Origin: a virus
DNA length: 64,000 nucleotides
Virus record (IMG/VR): IMGVR_UViG_3300021961_000026
Span: 32,001-96,000 of that record
Strand: one strand, 5' to 3'
The translations under genes were made by a program, and so were the position numbers. Positions 40,501 through 49,289 of the stretch are shown one piece after another. The number at the start of each line of letters is the position of its first letter. Positions within the stretch are counted from its first letter, which is position 1. Under the pieces are notes generated by a model. It ran no database searches. It was not told the origin of the DNA and was given only the letters and a program-made list of their open reading frames with translations.

Positions 40501-43500
40501 CATTTAGATCTGGCTTTTCTTCTAAATTTATGAGAGAACTAGAAGACTCAAATCAGGGTTTATTTACTTTTGGTCCTATGGGATCTAGAGTGTCTCAGGT
40601 TGGTTCTCCTCAAGATATGACCTCCATGTTAGACGACATAGAGTCAGCTCTTCCTGGAATGGCTAACCTAATTAGGCAGCAGGGATTAGATTCCTCAGTA
40701 GTACAAAAGATGTACTCTAGAATTAGGAACCTTAGATCAGAGGCCGATCTTCTTTCTAGATCTCAGCTATCGGGTAGAACTCCATCTATTAATACAAGAT
40801 TAGAAGAAATTAAATCTGAAACATTTAGATTTATTGCTCAATCAAATGCATTAATTGGATCTGGCGCCCAATCAAAAGATGAGCTTTTTATAACGATGCA
40901 GTCTGTTCTGCAGAATATGAAAAAGTCTCTTCCAGCAGCACAACATGCAGAAGCACAAGCCGCAGTACTATCAACGCTTTTTAATATTAATGCGTTTAGC
41001 ACATTTAAGCAGGGCATTCCTAATATGGAGAATGCTCGCCAAGCTGCAATATCATTTTTCAATATGTCCCAAGGACAAGCTGGTCAAGCTGTCAGGGAAG
41101 CTATTAGTCCTTTTACAAAGGGTACATTTGATTTAATTGGAACAAATGTAAGAAAGCCATTCTCTACATTTATTCCTCAAATGAAAAGAATCTTTGGTAC
41201 AGCTCAATATGAGCTAGATGATTTGTCTACAGATGTTTTGGGTTCGGGCCAAAGAACTACGTTTGTTCCTACATTTGGAACAGTCTTTGGAAAAAATCCA
41301 ATGGCAGCAATAAAGAGTGCCCTAGGAATTAATACATATTCTAATCCAGAAGGTTTTTCTGGAATGTCCGTACCTATCTCTCAAGGTGTTGAGCGTCTAA
41401 ATAAATATTTTGGAACGCTTGGTATGCAGCTAGATGTTTCCAAGTTTAAAGGTCCATTAGATCTTTATGCAAGAGGAATGGTCGCAAAAAGGGTTCTTCC
41501 AATCTATGCTGCTGGTACAACTGCTATGACAGTTGATAGAACTATTGGCGGAATGGTTGGAGAAAGGGATCAATATGGAGAAAAAGTATATTCCCCATAC
41601 TTTACAACAAAAGCTGCAAGAGGTGTTGTTGAACTTCAATCTTTAGTTGCCGGCCTTGCTCCTGGTGGAATGACCGCAGACGAGAAGAAAGAGCAACTTC
41701 TTGATGGGGAAGTGCCAATTAGGCAGGGTAGATTCTGGCCACTTGGCAATACTCCATTCCAAGGTGGAAAGATTATGTACTATCGTCCATCTTGGTATAG
41801 AAAACTTCAGGGTGGAGCACTATTTACTGATGACACTTATGGAAGTCCAGCAGAAAAATTCTTATTCTACAATGATATTTCTCCTTTAAGACCTTTAGAT
41901 CCATACAGATTTGAAAGAAAACATTACGCAGACAGACCATATCCAGTAAGTGGAGAGTATTTCAGTGGTCCATGGGGTCCATTAACATCAATGCTTAATG
42001 CAACTGTTGGTAGAGTATTGAAGCCACAGGTATCAATGCACGATGAAGAAGTTATGCAAGCTCTTGGCGGATATGTGCCAGCAGGTCAATTTGGCGCATA
42101 TAATACAGCAGGTTATTCTTTTGGAGGATATAAAGCTGGTGTAGCTGGAATTGGTGGGGGTGGATCAGGGCCTGGATTTACTGCTCCTAATTCTAGCGGA
42201 ATGCAGATAACCGGACAAATGATGGGCGCTAATAATGCAAGGTATGCAGCTGCAGCAGGCATGCCGTTAGCAACGGCATCAAATATAACTCGAGATGCTA
42301 TAGCAGGATTAAATGCTCCGTTAATGCAAATGTCCTATGGTCCACCAAAGCAAAGGGGAGTCATGGCTCCCCCAATAGTTCCTGCTGGAGTTCCAATGTC
42401 TAGCGGTGCAGCTGGATATCAAATGGGTGAAATCGGATATAGAACTCAAGAAATGTTGGGTATTTATGGTTTCGGTTTTTCTAGCCTTAGAGAAAAGTTT
42501 GGTTTTGGCAAAGGAGACTTTGAGCCAGATAAAGCCGTGTTACAATCAGCATCAAAGGCCTATGGAACAAGTAGAGCTTTCTGGGATCTAAATCTAGGTG
42601 GTCTTGGCGACGTCCCATTAACAGCACAAGGTGCATTGGGTAACTTAGAATTTTCTGAAATTATTAGAAGATTTATTCCAAAAGATAGAACTGGTGTTGA
42701 TTATTTAAATCCCATTAGAAATACAATGGGTCAACAATATCCCTTTTTACCAGGAGCAGAATATTTTACTGACTTTACTCGCGGAGATCCATTTACAAAA
42801 ATTTCAGAAGGAGAACTAAGACTTCCTGGAATTGGGTACGAAAGATTTAATACATTATATTCAGATCAAACTGGTAAATATGGAGTTTTAAATCAATTGG
42901 ATATTCTAGCTGATGTTGCACCATATTCTCAGCAATTTAAATCTGTTAATAAATTAGCCGAAAAAACTATAACTGATCCAGGTCAAAGAACAAGACTCTT
43001 AGAAATACAATCACAAGTAGCACAAACAACAAAAAAATATTCCTTTAGTCCTTACGAATATAAAGATAAAACAGCTAGTGAAGCCGGAATGCATCCAACG
43101 CTAATGAGGGCAGCAAAATTTGGAGAATACATAGCACATAGAGATACATTATTTAATACTAAATTTTTACAGAAAAGAACCGCAGTTGAAGATTGGGAAA
43201 GAAGAAATGTTTATGGTTCAACCTTCCCAGAATGGCAAAGGCCATTTGAAAGCTTTATTCAACCAATGATTAATAGAGCTACACAAAGAGATCCATTGTC
43301 TGCTGCAGCTGCTTTGGGTTTTTCTGGTTCATTGTTTGGTAGAACTCCAAGAGCAAAGATGTTTGGATCATTAATTGGAGCTGCAACTGGTTTTACAGCT
43401 TCAACTCTTGGAAATGCCGTAGAAACAATTAGTGGAGAAAGATATGTTCCAAGGGAAAGAAGAAAAGAACTTGCCCTAGAGGAATATACTGATATTTTAA

Positions 43501-44111
43501 GTTATGTTAAAAATACTAGATTAGCAACAATGGCAGCACAAGCTGGAGATAAAGCAGCAGCATTTCAGTTTGGGCAAGCTGCAAAGAGAACAATGTATGG
43601 AGCAGATATATATGGTGCATCTGTAGATACCTTAAGTCTTGCGGTTCCCAAAAGAAAAAGAGAGCACTTTAGAGAAATGCTAAATGCCCCAGTAGAAGAT
43701 CGTAAGAAAATACTTTCTACAGCTGGAAGATTAGAGAGAAGAATCTATGAAGCTGCATGGGGTATGCAAGTAGAAAAAAGGCCTGACTTAGCTGAGTATT
43801 TTGAAAGGCACCAACTACCAGACGCATCTTGGGAAGGTTGGCATCCCAATACAAATATGGAGCATGTTAAGATTAAAGTTGGTCAGTCAATGGGCCTAGA
43901 AATGTCTCAAATGGGTTACTATCCACAACAGATAAAAGAAGCCACTTTAACCAATCCTTCATATCCTGATTTTTACAAAAAAGAAAATGATGAAGATGTT
44001 TTGTATAGGCTTAGAAGATTAATGAGCGGTAATGGAATCAGTGGATCAATAACTCCTGTTATGAATCCATTTGGTTCAAACAATATAGATATATCAGCTG
44101 GAGTTAGGTAA
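37527..44111 (+). CDS. tape-measure-like giant virion protein (2194 aa)
   Basis: Follows the chaperones; G/A-rich helical segments; size. Confidence 0.55.
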   Translation: MIRDRGPINNLGYGITSRDLPFNEGETEGVSRDSGYVSKALDGHPVMRFFAHTAASMAVAGVIGAGLKKGGLKLTEKLQEKLSTTTIKDIGQIRKHLDELQGVKRHIEGVNDPYEALVFRDKDSGELTTGYLGRDSEVHRGLYLTSDEIQQAGRGLTSEPAAVWSLKDDIQKKIIRAGRRMPYELPALYISQRGLSDQVFGEGENKRKLNWYNPADVISDFVKTSVSNVATMVLPFEVAGAGASAGKRSLSTFKNSMQHLNELSPIKQKSYKGFVDLTELLGEVGHDLASLSNRFLRTASQTSGAFNAAANALAEQPRIVDSLHKARFGMKEARRRSVQAQESQLKRAGQMAKGFAFGIDDEYGALDAIPAFRGLTQAVKKGRQEFKLFGQGYDAVQSSVKYNQLLSSGVSRDELQRAMNTIQSQYSSRFSKLSSQVAILGGGGPGDKSFNRSDFSLGQQQTEYKKLLARNLERKGLTTEEAESFATQLRVVGLTKGTDPTNIVSIGRNKITAEGDEYYRQMIDRFKGVKGGKDLAEKFNALAGTSSSSEAFLRNIIEDSNAQFFSKEFQTLTKNKIANQWNSFYRGDLVDIASSFLKPQKALFHDFVGPLGPGKQEFLQRKTAQSLGLKLKDSTGNIVSNDIVKGHLAKKGYDPNNFVQLRSFLIERNKMSSGIFNSGFNLFGLKPMLLDEAISSGRFQSKNANEQKVIGDLAKRMALNDPVSKSIGLTRLDGVYKTRSGNVLDFSSIKKTFAGVADFFASEFHIPIVKLNVADLFGYRSFSEIARRGPLQYSPGMTVQPFGDLAKTKSDFHIWHSTGGFLGTKGKVSTYSTDSFSGAVYGNELTGTYRPVPTNSTEMFSRHARLSSGMAGEASYDISGSSGSKFLDFVLGNSQRARGFKNAMAIDAEQPNSLFGLGKRFLSRNRDINNPRVLGKLISGEEVRYKSGTTYKTMKLDVGGNGLRVIDDAGNAVAGIEESDILRAYNSVRKQSFRSGFSSKFMRELEDSNQGLFTFGPMGSRVSQVGSPQDMTSMLDDIESALPGMANLIRQQGLDSSVVQKMYSRIRNLRSEADLLSRSQLSGRTPSINTRLEEIKSETFRFIAQSNALIGSGAQSKDELFITMQSVLQNMKKSLPAAQHAEAQAAVLSTLFNINAFSTFKQGIPNMENARQAAISFFNMSQGQAGQAVREAISPFTKGTFDLIGTNVRKPFSTFIPQMKRIFGTAQYELDDLSTDVLGSGQRTTFVPTFGTVFGKNPMAAIKSALGINTYSNPEGFSGMSVPISQGVERLNKYFGTLGMQLDVSKFKGPLDLYARGMVAKRVLPIYAAGTTAMTVDRTIGGMVGERDQYGEKVYSPYFTTKAARGVVELQSLVAGLAPGGMTADEKKEQLLDGEVPIRQGRFWPLGNTPFQGGKIMYYRPSWYRKLQGGALFTDDTYGSPAEKFLFYNDISPLRPLDPYRFERKHYADRPYPVSGEYFSGPWGPLTSMLNATVGRVLKPQVSMHDEEVMQALGGYVPAGQFGAYNTAGYSFGGYKAGVAGIGGGGSGPGFTAPNSSGMQITGQMMGANNARYAAAAGMPLATASNITRDAIAGLNAPLMQMSYGPPKQRGVMAPPIVPAGVPMSSGAAGYQMGEIGYRTQEMLGIYGFGFSSLREKFGFGKGDFEPDKAVLQSASKAYGTSRAFWDLNLGGLGDVPLTAQGALGNLEFSEIIRRFIPKDRTGVDYLNPIRNTMGQQYPFLPGAEYFTDFTRGDPFTKISEGELRLPGIGYERFNTLYSDQTGKYGVLNQLDILADVAPYSQQFKSVNKLAEKTITDPGQRTRLLEIQSQVAQTTKKYSFSPYEYKDKTASEAGMHPTLMRAAKFGEYIAHRDTLFNTKFLQKRTAVEDWERRNVYGSTFPEWQRPFESFIQPMINRATQRDPLSAAAALGFSGSLFGRTPRAKMFGSLIGAATGFTASTLGNAVETISGERYVPRERRKELALEEYTDILSYVKNTRLATMAAQAGDKAAAFQFGQAAKRTMYGADIYGASVDTLSLAVPKRKREHFREMLNAPVEDRKKILSTAGRLERRIYEAAWGMQVEKRPDLAEYFERHQLPDASWEGWHPNTNMEHVKIKVGQSMGLEMSQMGYYPQQIKEATLTNPSYPDFYKKENDEDVLYRLRRLMSGNGISGSITPVMNPFGSNNIDISAGVR

Positions 44112-44113
44112 AA

Positions 44114-47100
44114 ATGTCAGACATTATAAATCTTTTTGGTGGCAATGTTGCAATGGCAAAAAAGGCAGCTGACATAGCCTTACTTTCTACCGACTTAGGT
44201 CGTGGTGGAGTAGTAAAAGCACAGCTTAGCAATGTAAATGGTCAGCAAACAATTAAATACATTATGACTGCCACTGGCCAAGAGTACGACAGCGCTGAAG
44301 ATGCTTTCATTGCAGCCAGTACTTTAAGAGTAACTCAATTTGAAAGAATTGTTCCGTCTTCTGGTAAAGTTGGCGACATTGCTAATAATCCAAGAAGAGC
44401 TCAGATGGGCTCAATAATGGAATCAATGCAAAATGAATTTAATCTTAGAATGGGCAATAGCCAGATGTTTAGAGATTTTATTCAAAACATTACAGGTCAA
44501 ACTGGAACATCTCTTAACTTATCTATGGATGTAATTTCAACTTCCTCCAAAAGAGGTGGAGATGTAAAAGAATTTTTAGATTTAGCAAAAAAAGAATTAG
44601 GTGGATATATTCCGTTTGCAAGCGATGAAGGTGTAGATATCTTACAGTTTGCTATAAATAATAAAAAATTAACTACGTCAGAAACTCATCTTCTTTTATC
44701 ATTTCTTGGAAACGATATACTCAATCCAGCAAAAGTCATTGCAGGATTTGGTGCAGGTGGAACAGCAAATAAATTAGAAGATTTCTTAAGTAAAATTCCA
44801 AAAAGAGCTAGAGCCTTTACATCTGAAAGAGATATCACGTTGCAGCTTTCAGATTTAGTCCAATATATGGATAGGAAATATTATAAACCAGGAGCTTCTG
44901 TTACAGATGAAATGGGAGTTGTAATACAAGAAGGATTAGATGTTTTAAGGTCTCATAATGATAAATCACTAAAAGGAATAAAAGGTTCAAAAAAACTCAA
45001 GGTAAGAGCAAGAGATCAGTATGTATATAGAGTTATGCAAAATGTTGATACTCAAGCTATTATCAGCTCTTCAATGGAAAGAGCTCTCATTGGCATAGAT
45101 GATGATATAGCAAAAGACGCAATGAGAAATAAATTAAATTCTTATCTTCAATCAGATGATTTTAGAAATGCGTTAAGAAATTCAGGAACAAATAAAGATT
45201 TACAGGATTTTTATAGATCTGCAAATATTGATGATGACATTAAGGGTTTTCTTGATGACATCATGGACACTTCCGAAAAAGAATTTGATGGTAGAGCTGT
45301 CCTAAATAAAAAAGCTATTGATGGAGCAAAAAAGACATTAAAAGCAAGAATATCTCAAATTAAATCAGATATTCAAAATGGCGTTGGAGATATCGCAGAT
45401 AATCAAAAAGCTCTTCAACAGCTGCAAGGACAATTGGACATAGTTAGTAATGCTACCAATTTGTATCAAGTAACTGGTAGAGGTCAATTAGGTCCAGATT
45501 CTATAAAAACAGCTTTTGACATAAGAGCTTTAAGTGGAAATATGGAAAATATTTTATTTGTCATGGGATCATCTCAGCTAAAAAAAGATGTAAATTTAGC
45601 TATGGGCACAAATATGATTACGCTTAGCGGTTTTGGTAGTCCAAAAGAGCGTGTTTATGCTGATCCAGTTACTCTTGCATTTCATCCAGAAGCTTTTTCT
45701 ACAGAAGCAGATATTTTAAATTATAAAAACTACGCAGCAGGTATATCACAGCAATTTCAAGAAGCAGTCGAAAGTAATATTCTTCCAAAGAAGATAGAAA
45801 CAATGTTACAGAATGTAGTTGATGAAGATATATCTATGTTACCAGTTACATCTCAAGCTTCTAGGGGTAGATACAAAGAGCTAGCCAGAAAAACATTAGA
45901 GCTCCATCAGTCTGGAATTGGTCCTAAAAATTCTCCTTTAATGATGAACATGCTGCATTCAATGTTCCAAACAGAAGCATTTAAGGTTGTTACAAAGGGA
46001 GATAAAGAATTCTTCATGCCCGTTATGCCAGACGTAAATAGGTTTGCATTAGCTACGGAATCTACAGAAGCTATGGCTGGAGGAAGAAGTATCCTAGGAA
46101 AATATACAACTGCCTCTGGTAGAGGAGGCATGTCTGATATAACATTTGATTTAGCAAACGGAACTAGAGTTAATCAAGAATTGGCTAAATTTAGAGTATC
46201 AAATGGAACTGTCTTATTTCATGCAGGCGCTGTAAAAGAGTACTTCAATGCTTTGGGTGGATTTGACTTGGACGACAAAGGCTTGCCAAAATTAATGACA
46301 GCATCATATACTGATGATACAGGTAAACAAGTTAAAGACTTAATGTTTGCAATGGTTAGGCAGCCTTCTGGTCCACAAGAAATTATGTACACAAGTGCAG
46401 CACTAGATGATGTAGAAACCTTGCGACATTTCTTTGGTGAAGAATCTTTTATAGCAGAACTAGAGCAAATAAGGGGCACAAGCGATGCAGCTGAAGAGTT
46501 ACATAATATTTTAACAAACAAAAAAAGAAGATCAATATCTACAAATCTTACCGAAAGAGATATGAAAGATGTAATCATAGACGTATATGATTCGCTTTCA
46601 TCAAAAGGTAAAGCCAGCATTACTCAAGCTTCAGATAGGCTTTTGGAAAATGTAGCCCAATATGGCTCTTCGCCATTGAAAAATACAAATCTAACTACCA
46701 GGTTTGGCTTAGAAAGAGTTTTAAAATCATCAGAAGATATAGCAAATACTGAATATCAAGAATTTATGAGGAAAAAACTTCAACAAATACTTCCAGATTT
46801 TAAAAATCAAATCGATCAACAAACCTATTCTGACATTATGAGAGCAACAACTCCACAACAAATAGGTAATATAATATCAAATTTTGATGAATCTAAAAAT
46901 ATTGGACTCAGAGCTGCTATGGGACAAAGCATTTCTTCTTTCATGGCGGAAAGAGCAACTGCAGATGCAGATATTCTAGGCGTGTACGTTAATAGAAGCA
47001 TGGTTGTGGGTTCATCTTTAAATCAAATTGAAGACTTTGCAAAAAGATTAGATTCCGCAAAAATAGCCCAACTTCAAAAATATAATATAGGTTTAACTCT

Positions 47101-48805
47101 TCAGGAAACAGCAATTGACCGTGCAGTAACATTTAGTGCTCAAGCAGATTTTTTGGCAGAAGTTTCCAGAACCTCAGCTAGATTAGATCCAACTACTGGA
47201 AGAATATTTGTAGAAAATATTCTAAAAGAAAAATTAGGACAAGTTACAATGGATCAAGTTGGACTCAATGCAATGGAGAATCTTGGCAAAATGATGGGCG
47301 GAATGACGGCTATGTTCTATGGTGAGAATATGGCTGATCAAGACCTATTCCCTGTTATTGATCAAATTTTACTAGAAACAAGAATGACAACTGAAGGGGA
47401 TGTTCAAAAACTTCTTTCAGGAATGATATCTGGAATTAAAGATGTATCTAAAGAATTTGGTTATCAAGATCAAAGGATTGAAGATCTTTTGTCTGAAATG
47501 ACAAAAGCATCAGTAAGTAAGGAAAGGGGCATGCAATTCCTTACCGAAAGATTTGCTGCTCAAGCGTCTCATAGATATGCGTCAACCGCAAGGGCAGTGG
47601 AAGCAGCTGCTAAGGTTAATGCAGAGATGGATGCTCTAGCACGACTTGCTTTTGCTGGAGTAGTTCCCGACCAAATATTAATGTCTACTAGCGTATCTCA
47701 AGAAGCTTCAAATGTAGCTGATTATTTATTAGATAGAAATGCAAAAATGCTAGACGAGTTATTTTCTAAGTCAGCAAAAGAAATGGGTGATACAGAAAGG
47801 GATAAATTTGCTATTCAAAAGTTTTATCAATCACAAAGAGTATCCGCAGAGCTTTCTGAAGCATCTAGATTAAGTGGCAGAAGTCAAGAAGAAATACTAA
47901 ACGCCATGGAAAAAAGAGCTGCACAAAGAGGCATAAAATTCAGGTCATTTGAAAAATTAGATTTTGCAGATGATCAAGGAAGATCTTTTTATCAAAAATT
48001 ATTGTATGCAAGAACTAGAAGACAAAGACAATTTTATCAAAGAGCATTATCACAAGATCAGTTAACATCTTTTGAAAATGTTGCAAATATGATAGATGCA
48101 GGTGTAACAGCTGGAGCAGATCCTTACACAATGGCAAATGCTGGAGTTACTTCAATAACACAAGATGATTTAGACTTGCTTGATGAAATAGAGTCAGGAA
48201 AAGGATCTGAGAATAATTCAATTATTAGAAATATAAATGCTGAAAAAAAATTAGATCAACAGGTTGTGGATGAAATATCAACAGCAACAAGTGCTCAAGT
48301 TGTTGATCTTAAAGATGACACTTTTAATAAAGGGATTCAAGCAGCCATAGATGGAGATGAATATTCAAGATATCTACCTGGAAATACTCCATATAAAAGA
48401 TTTACTAATTTTGTTAAAGATGGAGAATTAAAGAATCTTTTTACAGAAAACGCAACATTTAGGCGTTCAATATATGCAGTGGGGGCTTTAGTTGCTGGAA
48501 GTTTTATTTACTCTGCAGTTAAAGATCATACTGCCGAGAAGATTCAAGGGCCACCACTTCTTCCTGGTGGATCGGCATATGAACAACAATATCCAAATAG
48601 AGCATCTGAAATTCCTCAGATTGGGACTGTAAATTATAATCCTGGAGTGTCTTATAAAGTTAATTTATATGGCAATAGACAAGATGTAGATAGCTTCAGG
48701 TCTATGGTCATGGAACTCGGAAATTTTGATATGAACACTACTATGTACTCAGGGATCCCAGATGTAGGTAAAGATCCATATGCCGAGATGGCAAGTTCTT
48801 ATTAA
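44114..48805 (+). CDS. large virion-associated protein (1563 aa)
   Basis: Long helical ORF; hydrophobic segment near C-terminus; LGGFDLDDKG motif. Confidence 0.55.
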   Translation: MSDIINLFGGNVAMAKKAADIALLSTDLGRGGVVKAQLSNVNGQQTIKYIMTATGQEYDSAEDAFIAASTLRVTQFERIVPSSGKVGDIANNPRRAQMGSIMESMQNEFNLRMGNSQMFRDFIQNITGQTGTSLNLSMDVISTSSKRGGDVKEFLDLAKKELGGYIPFASDEGVDILQFAINNKKLTTSETHLLLSFLGNDILNPAKVIAGFGAGGTANKLEDFLSKIPKRARAFTSERDITLQLSDLVQYMDRKYYKPGASVTDEMGVVIQEGLDVLRSHNDKSLKGIKGSKKLKVRARDQYVYRVMQNVDTQAIISSSMERALIGIDDDIAKDAMRNKLNSYLQSDDFRNALRNSGTNKDLQDFYRSANIDDDIKGFLDDIMDTSEKEFDGRAVLNKKAIDGAKKTLKARISQIKSDIQNGVGDIADNQKALQQLQGQLDIVSNATNLYQVTGRGQLGPDSIKTAFDIRALSGNMENILFVMGSSQLKKDVNLAMGTNMITLSGFGSPKERVYADPVTLAFHPEAFSTEADILNYKNYAAGISQQFQEAVESNILPKKIETMLQNVVDEDISMLPVTSQASRGRYKELARKTLELHQSGIGPKNSPLMMNMLHSMFQTEAFKVVTKGDKEFFMPVMPDVNRFALATESTEAMAGGRSILGKYTTASGRGGMSDITFDLANGTRVNQELAKFRVSNGTVLFHAGAVKEYFNALGGFDLDDKGLPKLMTASYTDDTGKQVKDLMFAMVRQPSGPQEIMYTSAALDDVETLRHFFGEESFIAELEQIRGTSDAAEELHNILTNKKRRSISTNLTERDMKDVIIDVYDSLSSKGKASITQASDRLLENVAQYGSSPLKNTNLTTRFGLERVLKSSEDIANTEYQEFMRKKLQQILPDFKNQIDQQTYSDIMRATTPQQIGNIISNFDESKNIGLRAAMGQSISSFMAERATADADILGVYVNRSMVVGSSLNQIEDFAKRLDSAKIAQLQKYNIGLTLQETAIDRAVTFSAQADFLAEVSRTSARLDPTTGRIFVENILKEKLGQVTMDQVGLNAMENLGKMMGGMTAMFYGENMADQDLFPVIDQILLETRMTTEGDVQKLLSGMISGIKDVSKEFGYQDQRIEDLLSEMTKASVSKERGMQFLTERFAAQASHRYASTARAVEAAAKVNAEMDALARLAFAGVVPDQILMSTSVSQEASNVADYLLDRNAKMLDELFSKSAKEMGDTERDKFAIQKFYQSQRVSAELSEASRLSGRSQEEILNAMEKRAAQRGIKFRSFEKLDFADDQGRSFYQKLLYARTRRQRQFYQRALSQDQLTSFENVANMIDAGVTAGADPYTMANAGVTSITQDDLDLLDEIESGKGSENNSIIRNINAEKKLDQQVVDEISTATSAQVVDLKDDTFNKGIQAAIDGDEYSRYLPGNTPYKRFTNFVKDGELKNLFTENATFRRSIYAVGALVAGSFIYSAVKDHTAEKIQGPPLLPGGSAYEQQYPNRASEIPQIGTVNYNPGVSYKVNLYGNRQDVDSFRSMVMELGNFDMNTTMYSGIPDVGKDPYAEMASSY

Positions 48806-48819
48806 GGATTAATTTTAAT

Positions 48820-49278
48820 ATGATTTTCGGTGCAGATGTACAGAATAAGAACCTAAAAGACGCAGGTTCAAAGCCTAAAGATACATCTAGTAGAACTCTT
48901 ACATCAAATAAGTATGCCGCAAGGATATCATCTAGTAAAAATACTTCAGTAGGCGCAGATACTTCTAGTGCCCCAAGTGTGTCTCAAGAATCAAGATCTA
49001 GAATAAATAAATCTGATAATATCAAAGGTTCCTGGGAGGGACTAGATAAATCCTCCAGCGCCTACATAAGCATGAATGGATCTGGATATGACAATAAAGC
49101 TTTGCAAACAGCAAGGAACAACAAACCTCAAGCTAGTCATGGTTCAGTAAATTTTTCTCAAGAATCGTTTACAAAACGTAATTCTTTAGATATAATTAAT
49201 AATATGTCTAGAAGCTCATCTTCTAAGTCTTCTTCGGAGAAGGTCACAATGATCAATAAAAGAAACAACCTACTTTAA
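48820..49278 (+). CDS. Ser/Lys-rich hypothetical protein
   Basis: 152-aa low-complexity ORF. Confidence 0.55.
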   Translation: MIFGADVQNKNLKDAGSKPKDTSSRTLTSNKYAARISSSKNTSVGADTSSAPSVSQESRSRINKSDNIKGSWEGLDKSSSAYISMNGSGYDNKALQTARNNKPQASHGSVNFSQESFTKRNSLDIINNMSRSSSSKSSSEKVTMINKRNNLL

Positions 49279-49289
49279 AGGTAAATGTA

